Assembly (NCBI GenBank): GCA_044226015.1
Contig: JBGAHS010000001.1
Coordinates: 512,001 to 576,000, forward strand
Reading direction: 5' to 3'
DNA: 64,000 nt
DNA from: Candidatus Obscuribacteraceae bacterium
Lineage (GTDB): Bacteria; Cyanobacteriota; Vampirovibrionia; Obscuribacterales; Obscuribacteraceae
Under the pieces are notes generated by a model that worked only from the letters and a program-made list of their open reading frames with translations, was not told where the DNA came from and searched no databases. Below, piece by piece: positions 18,850-27,904 of the stretch. The position numbers and the translations under genes were made by a program. How positions within the stretch are numbered: position 1 is the stretch's first letter; each line of letters opens with the position of its first letter.

Positions 18850-21800
18850 ATGCCAGTCATATCCACGCCCGGTGTCGCGCGCCTGTCTTACGTTGTGGTC
18901 GCGCTATCAGTCTTGTTGCAGCCCAGCAGAGCTGTTCAAGCCGCAGATTTACCAATTAACCTGAATTTGTCGTCCACGCAAAAAACAGTACGTGTGCCAG
19001 GCAGTTTTGCAAACCCTGTCCAGATTCAAGTTGGAAATTCAAAACAAACGGTTTCGGCTGGGTCCGTGATCACCCCTGCGCAAATGTTGGCTGTACAACA
19101 GGTGCTTTCCTCTGGCTCTCAGTCCATAGTTATAGGTTCGCTGGGAAATGCTGTTGGCGGAAACTTCCAGCTTGCGAGCAATCAGACTTTCAACAATGTA
19201 ACCGTGCCTCGCAACGTCACACTCATAAACAACTTTTCCGGCGGAAGCCCATTTAACCTATCAGGCAATCTTGTAAATTACGGACATATTTTTGCTGTTT
19301 CTGAAAATTCTGCGGTCAGTAACGCTTTATTCTCAGCGCACAACATTACTAATTACGCTGGTGGACTCATAAGCAGCATGCTTCCTGGTGGTGGCATTGC
19401 GGGTTTCAGCAATGCCATTCCGAATTTGAGTCTTTCTCTTTTTGCCGTTAACAACATTCTCAACAACGGAAGCATCACCAGTGCTGGCAATCTGAACCTT
19501 GTGGCTGGCAATTCCATCATTAACAACAGCGCTGTCAGCGCTGCACCGGCTGTGATGTCAGCACTGGGCAACGTCAATATTGCGACACAAAACCTGGTAA
19601 ACAGCGGACTGCTGCAATCTTCGCTGGGCAACATTAACATTGTTGAGCAAGTGATTCGCAGTAATGAACTTTCGGCGCTAGCTCAATCAGCCAGTCTTAA
19701 CAGTGTTTTGGCTAATTACTCCAATACCAGAAATCTGAACATCAATAATGTTGGTGGCGTTATCGAAGCCCTGAAAGGTAGCGTCTCAATTGATTACAGC
19801 AATGCCCTTGAGAAAAATCTTCTTTCGTTTCATGGGGGCGATGTTCTATCTGATTCGTTAAAGATTGATGCAGGAAAGGGTGTCGTCAATATGTCACTCG
19901 AAAATTTGAGTGGCACTATCGATGTTAGTGCTGGCTGTGCTCAGATAGGCACATTGAGTTCGGCTTTGAATCTTGGTGACATCAATATAACTGGCGACCC
20001 GACTTTTTACAGCGCCTCTAATTTGAATCTCGCTGTGGGTCAGAAATTGCAGTTTGACGAGAAGATCAACTTACTGGCTGCCGGTGATATCAACCTTGGC
20101 GATGGAACTCTCTCTAAGTCTCTAGGGACTCAGGGCTACGACATCACAGTTGTCGCTGGTGGTGCTCTTACTGTAACGCCGGGAGCTCCTGTTTTTCCAA
20201 CTCAGATAACTGGAACCCAAACCGTGAAGGTAAGCGGACCTTCAAACACTGGTGGCAATATCAATTGCAGCACTTGTGTTATCGATACGTCATCAACAGG
20301 ACCCGGACAGAATGGTGGCAAAGTCATGCTGGCTGCCTTTAGCGACGTAAATGGCAACAAAGGAAATATAAGTTTTGCTGGTTCAATAAATACTTCCTCT
20401 ACATTTGAAAAGTCAGGTAGTGTCACTGTTATTGCACCGAACAATATTAGTCTGGGCAAGATTGATTCTACTGCTGCGAAAATCAGCACTAGCACCTCAG
20501 TACTTAACGTGAGCACCGCACAGCCATCAGGCACAATTACTGCCTCATCCAACGGCAACGTCAGCGGAAGTTTGACTGCTAAAACGATTACAAATGGCTC
20601 GGTCACTTTCACTGGAGCTGCTGCGGTGCACAGTGGTTCAATCAATGTAAAAGCTGGTAATGCGATCGTTCTTGCTAATGGAAGCAGCCTCGATACTAGC
20701 GGCTTTTACTTCACATTAGGTGGCGGTGCGGTAAAGCTTGATGCTGTGGGACCTACTGGACACATCGACCTCGGTGGCACCATTAACGTAAACGCCACTG
20801 ATGGACAAGATGGTGTAAGTCCAGGGCAAGCAGGGTCCGCAGCTGCTAAGGCAGGTTCAGTTACGATGACTGCTACTAGCGCTATAAATTCTCCTCTGGC
20901 TATGACTCTTACCGCTTTTGGCGGAAGCGGAGGCAAAGGTGCTGCTGGTTTGGCAGGAACCGCTTCGAAAGTCGCCGGCGGAAGTGGAGGTGCCGGGGGT
21001 GTTGGTACCGCTGGTGGTGTGGTGACAATAAAAGCACCTAGCGTCGACTTGAGTCTTGCTTCCATCAGTCTTTACGGTGGCTATGGTGGCGATGGTGGGG
21101 CCGGTGGCGCTGGATTTGGAGGCACTGCCGCTGCCGGTGGAGCCGGTGGCAAAGGTGGTGCCGGCGGCAAAGCGGCACCTGGTGGCACTTTGACTGTCAC
21201 TTCCACGAGCACATCGGGCGTGACTAATCTTTTCGCCCCGCTTAGCTTGATTTCGCTTGGCGGCAATGGTGGCGCAGGTGGTGCAGGTGCTGCTGGCGGC
21301 AGTAGCACTAAGACTAATGGCGGAGCTGGTGGAGCTGGCGGTGCCGGTGGGCTGGCTGAAGTCGGCGGTAAAGTGACGCTCACTGCCCCACTGGGAATAG
21401 CGCTAAATGGCGACATGGCGGTCGATGCAGGCTTCGGTGGAACCGGAGGACTTGGCGCTGCTGGAGGCAATGCAAGTGGTTCTGGCAACACTGGTAAGGG
21501 TGGAGCCGGCGGCTCTAGTGGAGCAGGTGGTGCTGGTGCTGCAGGCGGTACGGTCACCGTGACTGGTGGCAGCGTGTCGTTCGGTCATGGTGCCTTGACC
21601 AAGATAACTGCCTTTGGTGGTGACGGAGGCGCAACACTGGATGCCAAAGCTGGAGGTACTAGCACCGCAGGTACGGGCGGCGCCGGAGGCATCGCCGGTA
21701 ACAGTGGTAATGGTGGCATGGGCGGTACAGTGAAAATTACCGCTACAGCCGGAGGAATCGTAAACACTGGCAATACTGACTTGACCATTAGAGCCGATGG

Positions 21801-24800
21801 TGGATTTGGCGGAGCGCCAAATGGTGACGGAGGCGCCGGTGGGTCAGGTGCGATCGGCGGCAATGGTGGTCACGCAAGCAACGCCGGTTCTGGAGCTAAG
21901 GGAGGCACTATAACCCTGCTTGCTTCAAAAGGACTTGTTCAAACTGGCAACAAGCAGAAAGGTCTCATCAGTGCTTCTGCTGGTAGTGCTCAAGACCCTG
22001 TGAGTGCAACTCTGGGCGGACTCGGTGGTGTAGGATCTGTCGGTCTTGCAGGCAATGGCGGGGCGGGCGCCGTCGGCGGAAATGGTGGTATAGGTGGAAC
22101 CGTCACTCTTACTGGCACTGGTGTCATTTCTGATGGTTCAATAGAAGTATTTGGTGGTTCTGGATCCAGTGGGTTCGGTGCCGGTGCTGGTGCTTCTGGC
22201 AAAACTACCGGTGGATCTGGAGGTGCCGGAGGTAAAGGCGGCATTGGCGCCATAGGTGGCAACGTCACGATCACCGGAAATACTACCGGAGTTATAGCTA
22301 GATCCGGAATTTTTGGCGACGGTGGCAAAGGCGGTTTCGGTGCATCCGGCGGAATTGGTGCTTCTGGAGAAAACGGTGGCAATGGCGGTGCAGGAGGAGC
22401 TGGCGGCTCCGCAGGAAAGGGCGGCAATCTCACTATTTCTGGCTTGTCGGTTTCACTTCAGTCCGTGGATTTCCGCGGCAACCAGGGTGGCATCGGCGGG
22501 GCTGGACTAGCTGGCGCTACAGGCAGCAACGGCAAGGGGGGGTCTGGTGGTGCCGCAGGAGGCGGTGGCAACGGCGGCAGCGGCGGAATCGTCAATATCA
22601 AAACGCTGGCGGGAAGCATTCTGGCGAACAACTTCATTCTAGTGGATGGCTTCACCGGTGGCGACAACGCTGATGCTGGAAACGGTGGCATTGGAACCAC
22701 TCTGGGAGGAAATGGCGGAAATGTCGGAGCGGCTGGTGCTGGTGGCAGCTCAGGTAACATCACTATCTCAGCAAAGGGCGGCAACATTCAATTATTTGAA
22801 CTCAGTGCTATTGGAGGAGTCGGCGGAAACGCTATTGGTGATGGTGGCGATGCTGCTAGTGGAACTGGCTTGAAAGCCAACGGCGGATTAGGAGGTATCG
22901 CTGGAAATGCTGGCGCTGGTGGTGCCGGTGGCATAATATCTGTTAGCGCGAGCACATCTAGCGGAATAGCAAATATTCAGGCTGCCACAAACTACAGCAT
23001 CATCGCTAACGGCGGTGCTGGTGGAGCCGCTAAGGGCGGAGGTGGCAATGGTGGCGCATCTATTAATGGCGGCAAAGGTGGTGCCGGTGGTTCTGGCAGT
23101 GCTGGAGGTGCAGGTGGTGCAGGTGGAAGCATCACACTGAATGCACTAAAAGGTACTGTTTCAGACAACGCCACAGCAGGCGATATTCAAGCCGTTGGAG
23201 GTGCAGGAGGAAGCGCACCTTCTATTGCAACTGTGCTTGCGGACCTACCTACAGGCGGAAAAGGAGGCAATGGAACGCTTGCTGGAGGCAATGGCGGTGC
23301 CAGCGGACGAGGTGGTAATGGTGGTACTGGCGGCAAATTGACAGTCAATGCAATCTCCATCAGCAATCTTACCGATATGTACTTCGATGGTGGCGCAGGC
23401 GGTGGCGGCATCTTTGCCGGTGGAGCAGGCGGAACATCTTCAGGTGGAGCCGGTGGTATAGGTGGTGCTGGTGGCAGCGGTGGAGCCGGCGGGTTCGGTG
23501 GCAATGTCACACTGAATTCAACGGGGGTTGCTGGTGTCACCCTGGTTCAACAAGTGTCAAACGTTGGTGGCAATGGTGGCAGTCTGGTCTCGGTCAACGG
23601 AACCATCAACTCTGGTGGCGGTGCGGGAGGAGATAGTGGCGGTCTAACTAACGGTGGTGCAGGTGGTGCTTCCGGCAACGGTGGCAATGGCGGTCGGGGT
23701 GGCAGTCTGACTTTCACTGCTGTAGGCGCAGGCACCATCACTCTCAAGGCAGCAAATCTTTTTGTGCCAGGTGGTGTGGGCGGCAGTGTTCAATCTCTTG
23801 GTGGTGTTGGCGGTAACTCTAGTTCTAGGGTCGGTGGTGCAGGCGGCAAAGGTGGTTCTGCTGGCAGCGGTGGAGCCGGTGGGCTTGTAGTTTTTGTGAC
23901 TGGCTCTGGTGAGACTCAAGTTGACCAGATAGTTGCTGATGGTGGAGATACCGGTGCAATCTCTCTTTTAGCAGTGGGCGTCCCGAGTGGAGGCGGTGCA
24001 GGCGGCAATGGACTCACTGGAGGCGGCGTTGGCGGATCTTTCAGTAATCTCGCGATTGGCGGATTGGGTGGATCTGTAATTGTCCGCTCCGTTTCTGGAA
24101 ATTACACGCAGAATATCTCCAACAATGGCTCTAACATTTTTCTGCGCGGAGGCAACGGATTAAGTGCCAACGCCGTAGGGGGCAAGGGCGGTAGCGCATC
24201 TGGGGGCACAGGCGGTGTGGGAGGAAACTCGGGCGCAGGTGCAAGTGGAGGCGCCGGTGGATTCTTTCAATACACAGGTTCTGGAACCATCAAACTCACG
24301 TCAGGCTCCTCAATGACTCTTAGCGGCGGTTCGGGAGGCTCGGCGCTGCAGATTGGAGGCGTTGGTGGTACTGGATTGGGTGGAGTCGGTGGCAAGGGCG
24401 GCAATGGTGGCGCTGGAGGCTCCGGTGGTGCTGGTGGAAACTCCACTATAATCAATTCTGGAACTGGCGCAATCTCCGGAAGCAGTTCTACCATTAATGT
24501 AAATGGTGGAACTGGTGGTAACGCCGCTGATGCTGGTGCTGGAGGCGTCGGCGATGCAGGTGGTGTCGGCGGTAATGGTGGCGCTGGTGGTAGCACTGGG
24601 AAGGGTGGTGTCATTAGTTATAGCACCATAAGTGGTGCCATAATACTTGGCACGGCAAGCGCTCAAAGCTTGAATTCTGGCAATGGTGGCAAAGGTGGTA
24701 ATGGAGGCGCTGGCAACGTATTTCAAGGCGGGGCTGCGGGCAATGGAGGCAGTGCTGGTAATACTGGTAATGGTGGCAACATCACGATAACGGTTCAACA

Positions 24801-25542
24801 AGGAGCTGCCACTGTTACTGCATCTAGTGTGGCTGCCGGCAGTCTCGGAACTGCTGGAGGTGCTGGTAACTCAGGCACACCTAGCGGGGGGTCAGGCTCT
24901 GCAGGTGGTGCTGGTACCAAGGGTAGCGCTGGAAGTAAGATCATCAGTAATTTAGATGATGATTCATTTCCTTCTCTACGCAAGCGCAGGCATTCCTCAG
25001 AAGACCTCAAGCCAGTCGCGTTCGTTGAGAGCATTCTCTTGATGGATGGCAAACAATTCAATGCCAGCAATACTTTCCTTGCGCCGACAGAAAAGGACTT
25101 TCTGGCGCATACAAGTCATGCTGACATAAGCGTTTCGCAGGGGTCGCTTGCGTTCGTTGTAGACAACGGTCGGGACGTCTCTGTACTTGCTCTGCATGAG
25201 TCGAGGTCGGGCAAAATCACGGTGCATCTCGAAAATCGCGAGATCGTGCTGCACTCGGGTGAGCAGGTGATTATCACCGATTCAGATTTGGGTGCCAATG
25301 AGGCGAATCCTCTTACTCAGGTAGCAAGAAGGAATACTACCGAACACAACTTCAAATCGCATAGGGTATTTCTCAGCGAGTTTTCGATTCCCTCGGCGCT
25401 CGCATCACTGAAGCCTCTTAATAGACTCTCGCGTTCAGAGTCCAGGGCAGAAAAAGCAAGTTACTTCAAAATCCTGAAGAACGCTGCAGCTATTCAAGCT
25501 GTGAATGGTGTGCGAAAGGGAGCCTACAAACTGGGCTCCTGA
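18850..25542 (+). CDS. Giant secreted beta-strand/glycine-rich (PGRS-like) protein with conserved C-terminal domain
   Basis: 2230-aa ORF, Sec signal (AVQA|A), beta-helix-like Asn/Ser/Gly N-terminal region, ~1400 aa of GGxGGx repeats, CTD homologous to that of 53972..64000. Confidence 0.88.
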   Translation: MPVISTPGVARLSYVVVALSVLLQPSRAVQAADLPINLNLSSTQKTVRVPGSFANPVQIQVGNSKQTVSAGSVITPAQMLAVQQVLSSGSQSIVIGSLGNAVGGNFQLASNQTFNNVTVPRNVTLINNFSGGSPFNLSGNLVNYGHIFAVSENSAVSNALFSAHNITNYAGGLISSMLPGGGIAGFSNAIPNLSLSLFAVNNILNNGSITSAGNLNLVAGNSIINNSAVSAAPAVMSALGNVNIATQNLVNSGLLQSSLGNINIVEQVIRSNELSALAQSASLNSVLANYSNTRNLNINNVGGVIEALKGSVSIDYSNALEKNLLSFHGGDVLSDSLKIDAGKGVVNMSLENLSGTIDVSAGCAQIGTLSSALNLGDINITGDPTFYSASNLNLAVGQKLQFDEKINLLAAGDINLGDGTLSKSLGTQGYDITVVAGGALTVTPGAPVFPTQITGTQTVKVSGPSNTGGNINCSTCVIDTSSTGPGQNGGKVMLAAFSDVNGNKGNISFAGSINTSSTFEKSGSVTVIAPNNISLGKIDSTAAKISTSTSVLNVSTAQPSGTITASSNGNVSGSLTAKTITNGSVTFTGAAAVHSGSINVKAGNAIVLANGSSLDTSGFYFTLGGGAVKLDAVGPTGHIDLGGTINVNATDGQDGVSPGQAGSAAAKAGSVTMTATSAINSPLAMTLTAFGGSGGKGAAGLAGTASKVAGGSGGAGGVGTAGGVVTIKAPSVDLSLASISLYGGYGGDGGAGGAGFGGTAAAGGAGGKGGAGGKAAPGGTLTVTSTSTSGVTNLFAPLSLISLGGNGGAGGAGAAGGSSTKTNGGAGGAGGAGGLAEVGGKVTLTAPLGIALNGDMAVDAGFGGTGGLGAAGGNASGSGNTGKGGAGGSSGAGGAGAAGGTVTVTGGSVSFGHGALTKITAFGGDGGATLDAKAGGTSTAGTGGAGGIAGNSGNGGMGGTVKITATAGGIVNTGNTDLTIRADGGFGGAPNGDGGAGGSGAIGGNGGHASNAGSGAKGGTITLLASKGLVQTGNKQKGLISASAGSAQDPVSATLGGLGGVGSVGLAGNGGAGAVGGNGGIGGTVTLTGTGVISDGSIEVFGGSGSSGFGAGAGASGKTTGGSGGAGGKGGIGAIGGNVTITGNTTGVIARSGIFGDGGKGGFGASGGIGASGENGGNGGAGGAGGSAGKGGNLTISGLSVSLQSVDFRGNQGGIGGAGLAGATGSNGKGGSGGAAGGGGNGGSGGIVNIKTLAGSILANNFILVDGFTGGDNADAGNGGIGTTLGGNGGNVGAAGAGGSSGNITISAKGGNIQLFELSAIGGVGGNAIGDGGDAASGTGLKANGGLGGIAGNAGAGGAGGIISVSASTSSGIANIQAATNYSIIANGGAGGAAKGGGGNGGASINGGKGGAGGSGSAGGAGGAGGSITLNALKGTVSDNATAGDIQAVGGAGGSAPSIATVLADLPTGGKGGNGTLAGGNGGASGRGGNGGTGGKLTVNAISISNLTDMYFDGGAGGGGIFAGGAGGTSSGGAGGIGGAGGSGGAGGFGGNVTLNSTGVAGVTLVQQVSNVGGNGGSLVSVNGTINSGGGAGGDSGGLTNGGAGGASGNGGNGGRGGSLTFTAVGAGTITLKAANLFVPGGVGGSVQSLGGVGGNSSSRVGGAGGKGGSAGSGGAGGLVVFVTGSGETQVDQIVADGGDTGAISLLAVGVPSGGGAGGNGLTGGGVGGSFSNLAIGGLGGSVIVRSVSGNYTQNISNNGSNIFLRGGNGLSANAVGGKGGSASGGTGGVGGNSGAGASGGAGGFFQYTGSGTIKLTSGSSMTLSGGSGGSALQIGGVGGTGLGGVGGKGGNGGAGGSGGAGGNSTIINSGTGAISGSSSTINVNGGTGGNAADAGAGGVGDAGGVGGNGGAGGSTGKGGVISYSTISGAIILGTASAQSLNSGNGGKGGNGGAGNVFQGGAAGNGGSAGNTGNGGNITITVQQGAATVTASSVAAGSLGTAGGAGNSGTPSGGSGSAGGAGTKGSAGSKIISNLDDDSFPSLRKRRHSSEDLKPVAFVESILLMDGKQFNASNTFLAPTEKDFLAHTSHADISVSQGSLAFVVDNGRDVSVLALHESRSGKITVHLENREIVLHSGEQVIITDSDLGANEANPLTQVARRNTTEHNFKSHRVFLSEFSIPSALASLKPLNRLSRSESRAEKASYFKILKNAAAIQAVNGVRKGAYKLGS

Positions 25543-25560
25543 AACAGAGAAGGGTAAAAC

Positions 25561-25590
25561 AAAAGAGAGGAACCTTGCGGCTCCTCTCTC
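25561..25590 (-). terminator. groEL terminator (may also serve the convergent giant gene)
   Basis: GAGAGGAGCC-GCAA-GGTTCCTCTC followed by TTTT on the - strand. Confidence 0.75.
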
Positions 25591-25614
25591 TCGATTCTTT
25601 ATCTCAGCTTAGAT

Positions 25615-27240
25615 TTAGAAGTCACCCATGCCGGCGCCTGCTGGCATTGATGGCTTTTTTTCTTCCGGGATGTCCACAACGAGTGCTTCTGTTGTGAGGA
25701 ACATTCCAGCGATTGAGGTTGCGTATTGAACTGCGCAGCGCTCAACCTTAGCTGGGTCGATGATACCAGCAGCTGACATGTCGATGTATTCGAAGGTGAT
25801 AGCGTTGAAGCCCCAGCCTTCTTTGTTTTCTTTGACTTTCTCGACTACGACTTCGCCAGAAAGACCAGCGTTGTCAGCGATTTGACGAACTGGAGCTTCG
25901 AATGCCTTGATTACGATTTCGTAGCCAGTGCGCTCGTCGCCAACCAACTCAGTTTTCTTCTTATCGAGAATCTTCGAGATGTGAAGCAACGCGGTTCCAC
26001 CACCAGGAACGTATCCTTCTTCAACTGCAGCGCGTGTAGCGTTGAGTGCGTCTTCGAAGCGGAGTTTGCGATCTTTGAGTTCTGTTTCGGTAGCGCCACC
26101 AACTTTGATAACAGCTACGCCGCCAGCCAACTTAGCCAAACGCTCTTGGAGCTTTTCCTTGTCGAATTCAGAATCCGACTCTTCGATTTGGCGCTTGATG
26201 ACTTGAATGCGCTTTTGAACTTGTTCTTTGCTTTCGTTGCCAGCAACAACGGTTGTCTTGTCCTTGTTGACACGAACTTGACGAGCACGACCGAGCATGT
26301 CGATTGTGACGTTTTCGAGTTTGGTTCCGCGCTCTTCGGAGATAACTTGACCGCCGGTGAGGATTGCGATGTCTTCGAGCATAGCTTTTCTGCGATCGCC
26401 GAAGCCAGGAGCTTTGACTGCGCAGCATGGAAGAACTTTGCGGAGGTGGTTAACAACGAGGGTTGCAAGAGCTTCGCCTTCGATGTCTTCAGCAATACAG
26501 AGAAGAGGACGGCCGGAGCGAGCAACTTTCTCGAGTACTGGAACGAGGTCAGCAAGAAGATTTACTTTCTTGTCGATGCAGATTACGAATGGCTCTTCCA
26601 AAACAGCTTCCATGCGCTCAGGATCTGTTACGAAGTAAGCTGAAACGTATCCTTTGTCGAATTGCATTCCTTCAACAACTTCGAGTTCGGTGTTGAGTGA
26701 TTTGCTTTCTTCAACAGTGATTACGCCGTCTTTGCCAACCTTTTCCATTGCATCAGCGATGATTTTGCCGAAAGTTTCTTCGTTACCAGCTGAGATCGAC
26801 GCGACCTGAGTGATAGCGGTTTTTGTTTCGACTGGCTTAGCCATGACTTTGATTTCTTGAATTGTATGTTCGCAAGCTTTCTGGATGCCGCGACGGAGAA
26901 CCATCGGGTTAGCACCTGCTGCTACGTTGCGAAGACCTTCTTTGATCATTGCTTGAGCGAGAACAGCTGCGGTTGTTGTACCGTCGCCTGCGTTGTCGTT
27001 TGTCTTAACGCAAACTTCGCGGATCAACTGAGCGCCAGCGTTTTCGAGGTGATCTTCGAGCTCGATTTCTTTAGCGATGGTGACGCCATCGTTAACGATT
27101 TGTGGAGCGCCGAACTTCTTTTCGAGAACTACATTGCGTCCAGCAGGACCCATTGTGAGTTTGACGGTGTTAGCGACTGCATCAACACCGCGCTCTAGTG
27201 CGCGACGTGCTGTTTCTTCATAAATAATTTGCTTTGCCAT
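25615..27240 (-). CDS. groEL: Chaperonin GroEL
   Basis: [38 protein letters not shown]. Confidence 0.99.
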   Translation of the reverse strand: MAKQIIYEETARRALERGVDAVANTVKLTMGPAGRNVVLEKKFGAPQIVNDGVTIAKEIELEDHLENAGAQLIREVCVKTNDNAGDGTTTAAVLAQAMIKEGLRNVAAGANPMVLRRGIQKACEHTIQEIKVMAKPVETKTAITQVASISAGNEETFGKIIADAMEKVGKDGVITVEESKSLNTELEVVEGMQFDKGYVSAYFVTDPERMEAVLEEPFVICIDKKVNLLADLVPVLEKVARSGRPLLCIAEDIEGEALATLVVNHLRKVLPCCAVKAPGFGDRRKAMLEDIAILTGGQVISEERGTKLENVTIDMLGRARQVRVNKDKTTVVAGNESKEQVQKRIQVIKRQIEESDSEFDKEKLQERLAKLAGGVAVIKVGGATETELKDRKLRFEDALNATRAAVEEGYVPGGGTALLHISKILDKKKTELVGDERTGYEIVIKAFEAPVRQIADNAGLSGEVVVEKVKENKEGWGFNAITFEYIDMSAAGIIDPAKVERCAVQYATSIAGMFLTTEALVVDIPEEKKPSMPAGAGMGDF

Positions 27241-27304
27241 AAAACTGAATTACTCTCCTTTAACAATGCGACTCAGCGCATTGAATGACTACTTTGTGGA
27301 ACTC

Positions 27305-27619
27305 TTACGCTGTGAAGACAGCGAGGATGTCGCGCTCAGCGAGAATCAAATATTCAACGCCGTCGATTTTGACTTCGGTTCCGGAATATTTTTGGAAGAG
27401 AACTTTGTCTCCGACTTTCAATTCCATCGGGGTCTTGTTGCCCTTCTCATCGGTCTTGCCTGGTCCAACAGCCAAAACTTCGCCGTTTTGTGGCTTTTCT
27501 TTAGCTGTATCAGGAAGAACGATTCCGCCTGGTGTCTTCTCTTCAGCTTCGAGCTTCTTGATGATGACGCGATCTGCGAGTGGTTTGAGGTTCAATTTTG
27601 CTTGTGTTGCAGAAGCCAA
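27305..27619 (-). CDS. groES: Co-chaperonin GroES
   Basis: [31 protein letters not shown]. Confidence 0.98.
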   Translation of the reverse strand: MASATQAKLNLKPLADRVIIKKLEAEEKTPGGIVLPDTAKEKPQNGEVLAVGPGKTDEKGNKTPMELKVGDKVLFQKYSGTEVKIDGVEYLILAERDILAVFTA

Positions 27620-27904
27620 TGGTCTATCTCCCTATGTATGCACCATTAACAAATAGAGCTTGGAATTGCGGTCGCTGAACAGCGATCCAGAACTCGTCTA
27701 GCTCTTTACACCAAAAAGTCTATCCATCATCTTGCTAAGAGTGGGGTCTTCTCCCATTTTCTTAAGGATCTTCTTTTCCAATGATGGATATAAACTTGTC
27801 TTAGAATTGTATAATCAGGGTATATGCGCAAGGCCGAGCCGCATGGCATGAGGGTTTTCGCCCTGATACCACCTGTGGTTAGCTCAGATTCGCTTAGAAA
27901 GGAC

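Noticed and set aside
20202..25070. Many Pro/Ala-rich minus-strand ORFs, and similar plus-strand ORFs at 54852-63557
   Set aside because: Antisense shadows of Gly-rich codons in the giant genes.
18850..25542. RTX/T1SS or autotransporter assignment for the giant proteins
   Set aside because: No GGxGxDxL nonapeptide arrays and no terminal beta-barrel pattern; a Sec signal is present.
25882..27656. Long alternative-frame ORFs over groEL/groES
   Set aside because: Shadow ORFs caused by strong codon bias in highly expressed genes.
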